This document shows positions 42,997-51,415 of a stretch of 51,914 nucleotides of DNA, one piece after another. Where the stretch lies: the IMG/VR virus record IMGVR_UViG_3300045988_086792. The stretch is one strand, 5' to 3'. How positions within the stretch are numbered: position 1 is the stretch's first letter; each line of letters opens with the position of its first letter. Both the position numbers and the translations under genes were made by a program. The DNA is from a virus. Under the pieces are notes generated by a model. That model did no database searches. It was not told the DNA's origin and saw only the letters and a program-made list of their open reading frames with translations.

Positions 42997-43124
42997 AAAT
43001 GTCTGTTGCACCTGCTACTGGCATTTTAGCTTTTCATGGGCGTGCTTTAATAGACTGTCCCCAAAGCACACAGAAATCACGGACCCGGAAGATGGCTGCC
43101 GATTCTGGCAGAAAAGGAGCGAGT

Positions 43125-43334
43125 ATGACCACGAAACGTCTCAAAAAACTGCTGATGGCGATGGGGCTGTCCCGCAACCAAGTAAACAGGATGGTCAAGG
43201 AACAGCGCAGCGTCGGCTCCAAGAAAGTGAGCAACGCGCTTTACTACCATGTGTTCAAGCGGAACTTTAAGCTGTTCACATCTCCCTGCGGCGGCGAAGT
43301 GCTGCCGTATCTCAACAGTTTTGTTTTGCAGTGA
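43125..43334 (+). CDS. Small basic HTH-like protein
   Basis: 69 aa from ATG 43125 (SD AAAAGGAG): MTTKRLKKLLMAMGLSRNQVNRMVKEQRS. Confidence 0.45.
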   Translation: MTTKRLKKLLMAMGLSRNQVNRMVKEQRSVGSKKVSNALYYHVFKRNFKLFTSPCGGEVLPYLNSFVLQ

Positions 43335-43464
43335 CGGCAAAGTACCCCAATAACATGATGAGGTGAAAGTCCTCTCTTGGGGGCTTGTATACCCGTTATT
43401 TCTGTGACTGTGATGTTTTACAGAAAAGAAAATAACACAGGAAGTTGACCGAAACAGGATAGTG

Positions 43465-44346
43465 ATGGAGATGCGCAGAAACTATATCAGAGAAAAGAAA
43501 ATCCTCTGCGGTGACAGCTATATGGCTGTGTGTCTCTACGCCATCACTCCGCAGGAACGAAAAGCCAGAGGGAAAAAGCGGAAAGAATCCAGTACGGACC
43601 AGAAATCCAGAAATAAGATGTCCTCTCTGCGCAAAAAACAGAGAAAGGCCATTGCGAATTTCGACAAGTACGGATTTTTCCTCACCGGAACATTTGAGGA
43701 AGCGTTCCTGCCGGACAACATTCTGGCCTGCAAGCGGGAAGTTGTAAACTACAAGCGCCGGGTGATTGCGGCAGTGTGTAAGCGCTTTGGCATAAGCCGG
43801 GATAAAATCCGCATGATGCTCTGGGCGGTACGCAAAGGCGAAGCTGGCCGGTTACATATGCACGGCTTTGTGGAATGCGTGGGCATGGGGCAGAGCGACC
43901 GCCGCGAGTTTCGCGAAATGCTGGAAGACCTTTGGCGGCGGCGCATCCCCGGCACAAACGAATATGAACCGCTCGGAACAATGAATGCGGACAGAATCGA
44001 CATGAAGAAGCTGCTGGGCAATGACGGGACTACGCAGGGAAAGCATGGAACCATCGGCTATATCTACGGCCACAAAGAGCGCATCTGCGTGGAGAGCAAA
44101 AATCTGAAGTTGCCGGTGGAACAAGCACCGAACGACACCAAGTGGAGCAAAAAGCAGTTACGGACCGCTTGCGGCGATATGCAGAACGACGCTTACTGGT
44201 GGGGAACACATTTCCCCGGCTGGGCATTGGAAAAGTGCGTGGTCTATGATCCGGGAGAACTGCATCAATCCGACCAGCAGCGGGAAGACGGCTGGGAAGT
44301 CACAGAGCCGCAATGCTATGTGATTTTGAGCAGAAAGGGGCAATGA
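43465..44346 (+). CDS. Rolling-circle replication initiator (HUH endonuclease-like)
   Basis: FFLTGTF (motif 1-like), LHMHGFV (HUH), GTIGYIYGHK (Tyr motif). Confidence 0.5.
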   Translation: MEMRRNYIREKKILCGDSYMAVCLYAITPQERKARGKKRKESSTDQKSRNKMSSLRKKQRKAIANFDKYGFFLTGTFEEAFLPDNILACKREVVNYKRRVIAAVCKRFGISRDKIRMMLWAVRKGEAGRLHMHGFVECVGMGQSDRREFREMLEDLWRRRIPGTNEYEPLGTMNADRIDMKKLLGNDGTTQGKHGTIGYIYGHKERICVESKNLKLPVEQAPNDTKWSKKQLRTACGDMQNDAYWWGTHFPGWALEKCVVYDPGELHQSDQQREDGWEVTEPQCYVILSRKGQ

Positions 44347-44879
44347 TGAGCACCAGAATGGAACTGGAAGACCTGCCGCCGCGCTACCGGGCGCAGGCAG
44401 AAGCCCAGATTGCACGGCGCACAAGGGGAAAGTGTACCCCGGCGCAGCAGACGTTGGCGGATGCGGCAAAATCTGCCGGGAAAATCGGGAGAACTTTCGA
44501 GAGCCGGGGAGAGTACGAGTATTACATGTCCGTGGTGATACCGGGAATTGAATCGGGCAGGATCATCAAGGCAACGCCGCACGTTGCCTTTCCTCTGTTG
44601 CCGCAGAAGGAATATTGTGGGATTGTGCTGCCTGCTGCACGGTATACGGCGGACTATGTGCTGGTATATGCAGACGGCACGGTGGAAGTGGTGGAAATCA
44701 AGTCGAAATTCACCCGGCGGGCGCAGCGGGACTACATTTACCGCCGCAGGCTGTTTATTGACCTGATCGCAGAGCCAAAAGGTTACAAGTTTACAGAAAT
44801 CATCACGCCAGACAGCAAAAACGAAATCAAAGAGTGGAAACGCCTTGCAGAACAGGTGGGAAGGAGCGAAAAGCTGTGA
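44343..44879 (+). CDS. DUF1064-like PD-(D/E)xK nuclease
   Basis: FESRGEYEYYMSV...GRII...FPLLP...YTADYVLVYADGTVEVVEIKSKFT fits the DUF1064 pattern. Confidence 0.6.
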   Translation: MMSTRMELEDLPPRYRAQAEAQIARRTRGKCTPAQQTLADAAKSAGKIGRTFESRGEYEYYMSVVIPGIESGRIIKATPHVAFPLLPQKEYCGIVLPAARYTADYVLVYADGTVEVVEIKSKFTRRAQRDYIYRRRLFIDLIAEPKGYKFTEIITPDSKNEIKEWKRLAEQVGRSEKL

Positions 44880-45166
44880 CAGATGAAGAAAAGGCAAGGT
44901 TTGAGACAAACGCGGTGTTTCTTTGCCGTGAAATCAGCAAAGAAACCGGCCAGATCGCGGTCTATGAGCTGGATGTGCCGGTAGATGGTCACATGATCTT
45001 CTGCCTGCGCATTCGCCAGCAGTTCAACCCGGAACTGCGGTATTTTGTGGTCGGAGAAAAATTCTACACGGCACACAAGCGAGAAATCATTGCCAGCTTG
45101 AAAAAGCGCCGGGTGCTGAAAGATAAAATTGAAATCATGGGGCCTATTGTCGAACTGGGCCGCTGA
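44876..45166 (+). CDS. Hypothetical protein (GTG start)
   Basis: 96 aa. GTG 44876 overlaps the upstream TGA. SD GGAAGGAG. Confidence 0.45.
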   Translation: MTDEEKARFETNAVFLCREISKETGQIAVYELDVPVDGHMIFCLRIRQQFNPELRYFVVGEKFYTAHKREIIASLKKRRVLKDKIEIMGPIVELGR

Positions 45167-45179
45167 GAGGTGAGTAAAC

Positions 45180-45314
45180 ATGAGCAAATCACGAAGAAAA
45201 CCATTCCCGGAGTATTTTAAGAAATCTCTGGGACTGCAAGTAAAGCAGAAACAGGCGGCCCGCCGGAAAATGGCGCTGGAAGCAAAGAAAGCCGCCGAAA
45301 CAAAAAAACAGTAA
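45180..45314 (+). CDS. Small basic protein
   Basis: 44 aa: MSKSRRKPFPEYFKKSLGLQVKQKQAARRKMALEAKKAAETKKQ. SD GAGAGGTGAG. Confidence 0.4.
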   Translation: MSKSRRKPFPEYFKKSLGLQVKQKQAARRKMALEAKKAAETKKQ

Positions 45315-45341
45315 GCAGAATGTCGCAGGAGGGCACAGCGG

Positions 45342-45824
45342 ATGCGGGTTGATGAGGCAAGAACGATTTTGGAGTATGCAGCAGATATTCCGGCCAAGCT
45401 GCGCACCATTGCGGCAGAAAAAGCGGAGATCGAGGGAGAACTGAACTGTCTCCACGGTATTGAATACGGCGGGATGCCGCACGGCAGCGGCCACAGCGAC
45501 ACCACGGCGGACATTGCGGAGCGGGCGGATGCTCTGGGCTACCTTGACCGGCTGCGGATGCTGGAAGTACAGGAAACCATTTTACGCGGGGACCTTGCCC
45601 GGATCAAAGAACAAATCTGGACACTAAAGGATGTGTACACCACCGTCATATCGGAAATATGCCTTTGTGGCCACAGTTTTGAGGAAGCTGCCCCCAAAAT
45701 CGGATACAGCGTATCCCACACGAAGCGGATAAAGTCGGAAGCGATTTTGCGGCTTGCGGAAGCTCTGGACGGCATGATGCAGGCGGACGAGATTCGCGCC
45801 CGCGCATATAACGCGCGTAAATAG
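45342..45824 (+). CDS. Sigma-70 region-4-like transcriptional regulator (RinA/DUF1492-type late activator candidate)
   Basis: 160 aa. C-terminal HTH SFEEAAPKIGYSVSHTKRIKSEAILRLAEAL. Last gene of the rightward early block. Confidence 0.5.
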   Translation: MRVDEARTILEYAADIPAKLRTIAAEKAEIEGELNCLHGIEYGGMPHGSGHSDTTADIAERADALGYLDRLRMLEVQETILRGDLARIKEQIWTLKDVYTTVISEICLCGHSFEEAAPKIGYSVSHTKRIKSEAILRLAEALDGMMQADEIRARAYNARK

Positions 45825-45898
45825 AGCAACCAGCAAAATTCACCCGCCCCGGTAGGGGCAGGATGAAACGTGCAGGGGCTTGGTGCGGAAAATCGGCA

Positions 45899-45917
45899 GT
45901 CTCTATGATATAGAGAC
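45899..45917. repeat. Perfect 8-bp-arm palindrome GTCTCTAT-GAT-ATAGAGAC
   Basis: Read directly, in the convergent intergenic region between the early blocks. Confidence 0.8.
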
Positions 45918-46007
45918 AAATTCGGACGGGAAAGATTACGCAACTGTGAAGCATTTCCGAAAAGTCTGAAAATGCCGTGGGGAAACAACTCGAATACCCG
46001 GAACGAT

Positions 46008-46057
46008 GAAAAATGAGCAAAGAAATACCCGGCGGGCTGCGTGGCCTGCCGGGTATT
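46008..46057 (-). terminator. Terminator of the leftward island
   Basis: 10-bp stem AATACCCGGC/GCCGGGTATT. On the minus strand it is followed by TTCTTTGCTCATTTTT. Confidence 0.6.
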
Positions 46058-46062
46058 GTTCT

Positions 46063-46437
46063 CTATATGTCGTTCTCGCTGTTTGGTGCATGGCGCTTGA
46101 TGATGATTCTGGGGTTACCTGCATCGGTTGGTGTGCCCTCTTTGGCGATACGGTCAAGCAGACCGGTGGGAAAGCCTTGCTCATCCAGCGGGCCGGCATA
46201 TCCGTCGTAGTCAACGACCGTTACGACCGGTGGCTGCGGCAGGGCTTTATAGTATTGCCCATCTTCATAGTTTGCATCGGTAACACGATCCCACCATACA
46301 ATGTCGCCGTGCTGGGTCTGGGCGGCGCTCATCGCGTCTACGGCCTGCCGCTCGGTCAAACCGTCGAACGTCAGGCGGGAGCCGTCGGAAAATGCGCCAA
46401 CAATGCGCCAAGGGGCGAAAAACTCCGTTTCACTCAC
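46063..46437 (-). CDS. Hypothetical protein (island gene a)
   Basis: 124 aa, GTG start, SD AAATGAGGTG. It has its own upstream TGTTATACT extended -10 at about 46520. Confidence 0.55.
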   Translation of the reverse strand: MSETEFFAPWRIVGAFSDGSRLTFDGLTERQAVDAMSAAQTQHGDIVWWDRVTDANYEDGQYYKALPQPPVVTVVDYDGYAGPLDEQGFPTGLLDRIAKEGTPTDAGNPRIIIKRHAPNSENDI

Positions 46438-46580
46438 AAAAACACCTCATTTCTGAACGCTTAACCCGGATTTTGATACAAATATGCGCATTTTGAGAAC
46501 ATAAGCACCAGAAAAACGCATATTCAAGACAGCAATAGTATAACACAAGATGCCCCGGCGGGCTACCGGGGCAAGATGGC

Positions 46581-46850
46581 TTAGACCTGCTCGAAGTGCG
46601 AAATGATGCGCCGGGACAGCGCAAAGGCAATGGCGGGAACATCATCGTCCGTTTCGCTGACGGCTTTGATCGCTTCGGCGATTCGGGCCAGATCATCCAC
46701 TGTGATGCCGCCCGGTTTGCGGCTGGACGTGTCCGCGTCGGCCAGAATGCGGTCATATTCTTCACAATCGCAGCGGGTGCAGTAGTCGTTGGCAATGCAG
46801 GCGTAACGTGCGCCCTCAGCGTCAAGAATGCGGGTTTCCTTGAGTTTCAT
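46581..46850 (-). CDS. Hypothetical Cys-containing protein (island gene b)
   Basis: 89 aa. CIANDYCTRCDC. SD GGAGG. Confidence 0.55.
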   Translation of the reverse strand: MKLKETRILDAEGARYACIANDYCTRCDCEEYDRILADADTSSRKPGGITVDDLARIAEAIKAVSETDDDVPAIAFALSRRIISHFEQV

Positions 46851-47011
46851 GTAAATACCTCCAAAGTGATGTGCATTTGCTCGTCCCGGTAGGGATTCGA
46901 GTTTTTAGATTTGCCGGTCTGGGTATATAGATACCGGGGCTGGCGGCGGGTGTTGCCCTTGCGGGCTGGGATGGGGCTGCTTTACGGTGCAACCCCGTCA
47001 GAGTATCCGTT
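46851..47011 (-). repeat. Structured leader repeat R1
   Basis: Core at 46968-47010 (plus strand GGGATGGGGCTGC-TTTACGGT-GCAACCCCGT...AGTATCC), with compensatory changes relative to R2-R5. Shares the CCCGGTAGGG...GCCCTTGCGGGCTGGG block with R2. Confidence 0.65.
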
Positions 47012-47923
47012 TTACTGCTGGCCGTCCAGAACCTCCATGACGCGGTGAGCGGCATACTTACCATTGTCGTTGAGCTGGCGCTGCCAAGCTCCCTGCGACG
47101 GGGCCCATTTGAAACCGTTCCGCTTGAGAAGCGTTCTGGTTTCATCATCGGGCTTGCCGTCGAAAAGAAACTGGACACGCATTGCTTCTGTATTCTCCCG
47201 GTAGGTGTAGCCGTCGTGCTCATCTTCCACAGGCTGTGCAGCTTTGGCCGCTTCGAGCTGGGCAATGCGTTCCTTTACTCGCTTGATGGTCGCATTGCTG
47301 TTTTGCAGCTCATAGGACGGGAAAAGACAGCCGTAGACCGAAAGCGGGGAACCGCTGGCGAAAGCATGGCCGTTTTCAAGCCAGTTTCGGGTCTTTTCCG
47401 TGATGCCGGGGCAATCGTCAAGTGTTTTGTGCTTGCGGTAGTAGGCATTCGCGTCTTTCATGGTCTGGTGTGCGGTTTGGAGCTGGTCGAGCTTGGCGTG
47501 GAGATAATCCAGCACTTCGGGATCATCAGACTTGACCGCGAACGTGTGCGCCCGCTTGAGCATCTGCAAATAGTGGTCAGCCTTGCGGAAATTCTCCCGG
47601 TTCGCGTCCCACGCTGCTACCTGCTTCTCTTTCTTGTGAACAGGGAAGTTTGCAGGGCCGCAGATGAGCACAGACGGGCAGCGGGTCCCAATCTCGTTTT
47701 CGCGGTTGATTGCTTCGGCCAGAACGGCACAGTACCGGTTGTACAGCCATTCGGCCCGCTCCCGCTGGTCTGCGGTGGCGCACTTGGGCTTGACCTGCTC
47801 AAGAATTGCGGCAGCCTTGGCGCATTGGGCGTTGTAGCTGGCGGTGGCGCTGCCCTCCACATAGTCAGAGAAAGAAGAAAGTTCTTTCGCAATGCGGGCG
47901 GCGGATTCGTTGATAATAGCCAT
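47012..47923 (-). CDS. DUF3560-like protein (island gene c)
   Basis: 303 aa from ATG 47923. C-terminus RVQFLFDGKPDDETRTLLKRNGFKWAPSQGAWQRQL is typical of DUF3560 proteins of plasmids and ICEs. Confidence 0.6.
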   Translation of the reverse strand: MAIINESAARIAKELSSFSDYVEGSATASYNAQCAKAAAILEQVKPKCATADQRERAEWLYNRYCAVLAEAINRENEIGTRCPSVLICGPANFPVHKKEKQVAAWDANRENFRKADHYLQMLKRAHTFAVKSDDPEVLDYLHAKLDQLQTAHQTMKDANAYYRKHKTLDDCPGITEKTRNWLENGHAFASGSPLSVYGCLFPSYELQNSNATIKRVKERIAQLEAAKAAQPVEDEHDGYTYRENTEAMRVQFLFDGKPDDETRTLLKRNGFKWAPSQGAWQRQLNDNGKYAAHRVMEVLDGQQ

Positions 47924-48065
47924 GATAAAAGCCTCCAATATTCAGTTCTCAAAATGCGTTCCGCTTTCCCCGGTAGGGGTCCGCGTTTTCGTGCTGCCCT
48001 TGCGGGCTGGGGCGGGGTCGCTTTACGGTGCGGCCCTGCTGAGGTATCCGGGGCGGTTACTGCCG
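47924..48065 (-). repeat. Structured leader repeat R2
   Basis: Core at 48009-48052 (GCGGGGTCGC-TTTACGGT-GCGGCCCTGC, then TGAGGTATCCGG). Box TATTCAGTTCTCAAA at 47939-53 next to the SD. Confidence 0.8.
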
Positions 48066-48578
48066 CTAAAGAATGGAACTGATCCATGTAGAGGGGTCGG
48101 AGTAGTCAACCAACTTGGCGTAATGTTTGCATTGAACAAGGCTGTACGCATACTGCATGGTGTAGGAGCCGGTGTAAAATTCGCGGCTGCAAAACTCTTC
48201 GACGTTGTGACGGGTGTGCCATGCAAGCGGCGGCAGGACGTTCAAGGCGTCGTCGAACTGCTGTTCGGTGATCTCCTGCATGGGGTCGGAGAGCAGGCGC
48301 TCCCGCTGGGCGTTCAGAAAGTCGCCGTAGGTCATGGTGGAGAATGTGCGGGCCTTTGCTGCTTCAAGGCATTCCGTCCAATACTCTTTCCGGTCGTCAT
48401 ACCTGCCAGAGTTCAGAATATTTTCGTACCGGCGGACATCATCGGCGGCGCTGTCCTGAGCGGCTTTCAAGACCTCTTCCGGGGTGCGGGGGCCGCGCCA
48501 GCTCGACGCGGTGAAATCGTAGAGGGTGCAGGTGAATGTATCCACCACGACAAGCTCCATTTTCTCTTGTTCAGTCAT
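48066..48578 (-). CDS. Hypothetical protein (island gene d)
   Basis: 170 aa from ATG 48578 (SD AAAGGAG). The upstream in-frame extension is the type-2 repeat, not coding. Confidence 0.55.
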   Translation of the reverse strand: MTEQEKMELVVVDTFTCTLYDFTASSWRGPRTPEEVLKAAQDSAADDVRRYENILNSGRYDDRKEYWTECLEAAKARTFSTMTYGDFLNAQRERLLSDPMQEITEQQFDDALNVLPPLAWHTRHNVEEFCSREFYTGSYTMQYAYSLVQCKHYAKLVDYSDPSTWISSIL

Positions 48579-48606
48579 GTTGCAAAACTCCTTTCGTGGG
48601 CTGTAA

Positions 48607-48679
48607 CCCATGAGCGCCCGCCCCGGCGGGGGCGGCTGGGCTTGCACCAGCGGCGGCGGGATGCCGTCGGCCTTGCGGG
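48607..48679 (-). repeat. Type-2 intergenic repeat, copy 1
   Basis: About 73 nt, near-identical to 51416-51489 (one 1-2 nt indel in a hairpin loop and one substitution). Contains the hairpin CCGCCCC-loop-GGGGCGG. Confidence 0.85.
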
Positions 48680-49264
48680 TCATTCGGAAAACATCTTTTT
48701 GCAGAGCGCTTCTACCTCTTCAGTGGGCTTGATAGGGCACATGACCATTGAAATGGTCGGATCGCTGGCACAGACGGCGTACACCGGCGCATAGCCGGAC
48801 GCTTTGCCGTAGTAGATGAATTGTGCCGGGTTTACCATGCTGTCATAGATGACGTTCACCAAGATGGGCGCGGGGCCGACGTGAAAAAGCCTTGCAAGAC
48901 CGCTTTTCTTCTTGCCGGTGGGGATGTCCTGCAAAAACGGGGTGCGCTGTACAGTCTTTTCCTTGCAGGCGGCGCTTTTGAAGATGTCCACCAGATCGGG
49001 GGCGTGTTCGTCCACCTCAAAACCGTACTGGGCGGAAACGATGGTCACGCCGTCGGCGGGGCACTCGCGGAGCGTTACGGGCTGGATGATGTCAGGGTAG
49101 AGCATCGCAGGGAGCTTGAACGCGGTGTGCGGGGTCATGATGTAAACCAGATCGCCCCGGCGGGTGACGCGGATGCCGCGCTGATCCTTGGCCTGCTCCT
49201 TGAGGTGGGATTGAATCGCCTTGATGTTCAGGCCGAAAAGGGTAAAATCGTTAGAAAGTTTCAT
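48680..49264 (-). CDS. Hypothetical protein (island gene e)
   Basis: 194 aa. SD AGGAGG. Confidence 0.6.
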   Translation of the reverse strand: MKLSNDFTLFGLNIKAIQSHLKEQAKDQRGIRVTRRGDLVYIMTPHTAFKLPAMLYPDIIQPVTLRECPADGVTIVSAQYGFEVDEHAPDLVDIFKSAACKEKTVQRTPFLQDIPTGKKKSGLARLFHVGPAPILVNVIYDSMVNPAQFIYYGKASGYAPVYAVCASDPTISMVMCPIKPTEEVEALCKKMFSE

Positions 49265-49365
49265 GATATGGTCCTCCTGTTATTCAGTTTTCAAATGGTC
49301 CCGGCGGTGTGCCGGGTGTGGGGCGGGGCCGCTTTTCTGGGTGCGGCCCTGCTGGGGTATCCCAT
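49265..49365 (-). repeat. Structured leader repeat R3
   Basis: Core at 49320-49363. Hairpin CCCGGCGGTGTGCCGGG at 49300-16. Box TATTCAGTTTTCAAA at 49281-95. Confidence 0.8.
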
Positions 49366-50205
49366 TCAGCAGAAAGAAATCTGCTCACAGTATGCCGGGG
49401 CGCTGTCTGCGCTGGGCGCGGGGTCTGCTTTGGGCTGGGGCTTTGCTTCGGGTTCCGGCGCGGGAGCAGGTGCGGCGGCTTGTGGGGCTGTCTCTGCGGC
49501 TTTCCGGGTTTCGGTAGCCTTGCGCCACTTTGCCAGCGCTTTCGCTTGGGCGGGGCGGTCCTCTTCGGACACGGCCATAAATTCGTGCATCGCTTTCCGC
49601 TCTGCTCTCTTGAGATCGGCCGCGCTGGGCGCTGCTTTCTGCTTGGGGGCCGGGGCAGGCGGTTCGGCGGGTTTCGGCTCACTCTGGGGCTTGTCCTGCT
49701 GGGCGGCAGCCTTTGCGGCTTTGCGCTGGTCGGCCAGCATTTTGTTATAGGCCCGGATTTCGTCGAGACTCTGAAACCGTCCGGCGGGCTTGGGCTGCTG
49801 CTTCTCGACCTGCCCACGGTGGAACAGGTGAGCTTTTGCCAGATAGTAATAGCCTTTATCCTGTTCGGCGGCGGCTTTGGTCAGCTCGTCAGCATCCGGC
49901 GCGGGCTGCTTCTTCTTGTCGTTGAACTTCCACAGTTCGCAGGTGATCGCGGCTTTTTCGCCGCGCTTGACGGTCAAGCCGTCCCTGTGCCACTCTGCCC
50001 AAGTGTGAAATAGGCCAGCACACAACAGGGATTCAGCGCTTTCGATGGGGTCCGGGGTGTTGCCGTTGTCATCGGGAACAAGTTCCAGACCGGCGGCGAT
50101 GCCCTGCACCTGTTCGGCGGTATAGAACCGGCTCACCAGATCGTGACGCTGGGCGGAATCGTAGTTGCTGCAAACTTCGTTGAAGATGATTTGCTCGTTG
50201 GTCAT
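49366..50205 (-). CDS. Protein with weak ArdC-N-like (ssDNA-binding, antirestriction-type) N-terminus and Ala/Pro/Lys-rich tail (island gene f)
   Basis: 279 aa. FHTWAEWHRDGLTVKRGEKA resembles the W..G..V.KGEKG motif of ArdC N-domains. The C-terminal half is low-complexity. Confidence 0.35.
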   Translation of the reverse strand: MTNEQIIFNEVCSNYDSAQRHDLVSRFYTAEQVQGIAAGLELVPDDNGNTPDPIESAESLLCAGLFHTWAEWHRDGLTVKRGEKAAITCELWKFNDKKKQPAPDADELTKAAAEQDKGYYYLAKAHLFHRGQVEKQQPKPAGRFQSLDEIRAYNKMLADQRKAAKAAAQQDKPQSEPKPAEPPAPAPKQKAAPSAADLKRAERKAMHEFMAVSEEDRPAQAKALAKWRKATETRKAAETAPQAAAPAPAPEPEAKPQPKADPAPSADSAPAYCEQISFC

Positions 50206-50304
50206 GGTAAAACCTCCTGTATTCAGTTCTCAAATTGTCCCGGCGGTGTGCCGGGTGTGGGGCGGGGTCGCTTTATCCGGTGCGGCCCTGCTAAGGCATC
50301 CGGG
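50206..50304 (-). repeat. Structured leader repeat R4
   Basis: Core at 50259-50304. Hairpin CCCGGCGGTGTGCCGGG at 50239-55. Box TATTCAGTTCTCAAA at 50220-34. Confidence 0.8.
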
Positions 50305-50502
50305 TCAATGATATTTCTTCTTCAGCCGCTCGACCGCTGCGGACGCTTCGCGGTGGGTGTCACAGTGGCAGCTTTCGTAAACGATGAAAGCGGACATTGT
50401 TACACCGGGGCAGCCGGTCGGGTTTGGCTCTCCGCCTTTGTGGGCATACCCGGCGGAAACTGTGAAACCGCCGCGGCTGGAGGGGGTGATTTTGTACTCC
50501 AT
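50305..50502 (-). CDS. Small hypothetical protein (island gene g)
   Basis: 65 aa. SD AAAGGAG. Confidence 0.5.
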   Translation of the reverse strand: MEYKITPSSRGGFTVSAGYAHKGGEPNPTGCPGVTMSAFIVYESCHCDTHREASAAVERLKKKYH

Positions 50503-50520
50503 GCGGTGCGCTCCTTTCGG

Positions 50521-50892
50521 TCAGTCCTCTTCATCGGGGCAGCAGCTCCAAAGAACGTCGGCAAAATAGTCATCGTCGAAGTCGTCCGGCGTTCCGTTGC
50601 TGTTCATGATGAGGATGCAGCGTTGACCCACGGCGGGCAGGTCGTCGCGGCGGCTGATCTCTGCAAGTGCATCAGCGCAGATGATCCAGCGTTCCCCGTC
50701 GTCGTCGGTGATCCAGTAAACAAGATCGTCGTCAGCGGTAAAGACACGCTCAACCTCTGCCCCGGCGATGTACAGACCGAACGCGCCGGGGGTGCGGTTG
50801 ACATTGGCGGCGCTGGCTTTCGGGGTAGAACCTGCCAGCAGGGCGGCGGACAGCGCCAGCGCGGCGGCTGTGGTGGTGATTTTCTTCTTCAT
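50521..50892 (-). CDS. Secreted acidic protein (island gene h)
   Basis: 123 aa. Sec signal MKKKITTTAAALALSAALLAGSTPKASA|AN. SD AAAGGAGAAG. Confidence 0.6.
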   Translation of the reverse strand: MKKKITTTAAALALSAALLAGSTPKASAANVNRTPGAFGLYIAGAEVERVFTADDDLVYWITDDDGERWIICADALAEISRRDDLPAVGQRCILIMNSNGTPDDFDDDYFADVLWSCCPDEED

Positions 50893-51006
50893 GGCTGCTT
50901 CTCCTTTCGGGTTGTGGGTTTGCGTTCGGATGATCTCCCGGCTGTTGTCGGGGTAGTGGGACGGGGTCGCTTTACGGTGCGGCCCTGCTGAGGTGTCCGG
51001 CGGTGG
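50893..51006 (-). repeat. Structured leader repeat R5
   Basis: Core at 50958-51003 (ACGGGGTCGC-TTTACGGT-GCGGCCCTGC, then TGAGGTGTCCGG). Confidence 0.75.
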
Positions 51007-51192
51007 TCATTCAAGCGCCGCCAGTGCGGCGGTTAGACCTGCTTCAAAAAGTTTTTCGTTCTCTTCGTCGGTTTTGCTCAGATCGTTGGAGTAGTTGCAG
51101 GCGGGCCACAGCGGGCAGTTGCACGGCCCGCGCTGCGTCCAGTTCCGGCGGCAAAACTCTTGCTCAATCCGCTTTTCGGTTTCGGCTGTCAT
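51007..51192 (-). CDS. Small Cys-rich protein (island gene i)
   Basis: 61 aa. CRRNWTQRGPCNCPLWPAC. SD AAAGGAGA. Confidence 0.5.
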   Translation of the reverse strand: MTAETEKRIEQEFCRRNWTQRGPCNCPLWPACNYSNDLSKTDEENEKLFEAGLTAALAALE

Positions 51193-51415
51193 GTTCTGTG
51201 TCTCCTTTCGCTGCTTTGAATTTTCCCGGCGGTGTGCCGGGGGTGCTTGTTGAGCCGGATTTTAGCCGGTCCTTTCTGCCCCGTCAAGGCCCCGTTTTCC
51301 GTTCCCCTTGTCCCCCCTACGGGGGACAGGGGAAGAAAATTTGCACCAAAAAACGCTTGATGTTTTGGCGATTTTCACGGCGCGGGGGAGTATAGAGGGG
51401 GTATAGGAGTAAAAC
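51193..51415 (-). repeat. Leader region R6 (partial member of the repeat family plus a long hairpin)
   Basis: Hairpin CCCGGCGGTGTGCCGGG at 51224-40. A 12-bp-stem hairpin CCCCTTGTCCCCC/GGGGGACAGGGG at about 51305-35. It lacks the R1-R5 core. Confidence 0.5.

Noticed and set aside
48579-48683. N-terminal extension of gene d, and ORF 51317-51505, as coding sequence (shared RKADGIPPPLVQAQPP).
   Set aside because: The shared peptide comes from the type-2 DNA repeat. The frames diverge after a loop indel and neither ATG has an SD. The real start of gene d, with its SD, is at 48578.
47045-50991. Long plus-strand ORFs (47045-48082, 47892-48794, 48821-49750, 49309-50013, 50143-50991).
   Set aside because: They are Gly/Ala/Arg/Val-rich, lack SD sites and span the intergenic repeats. 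The minus-strand genes each have an AGGAGG-type SD and ordinary composition.
46851-51006. Integron-like cassette array (small same-strand ORFs separated by structured elements, possibly attC sites).
   Set aside because: The elements are conserved in primary sequence, unlike attC sites. No RYYYAAC/GTTRRRY core pair is visible at their ends. No IntI-type integrase is present.
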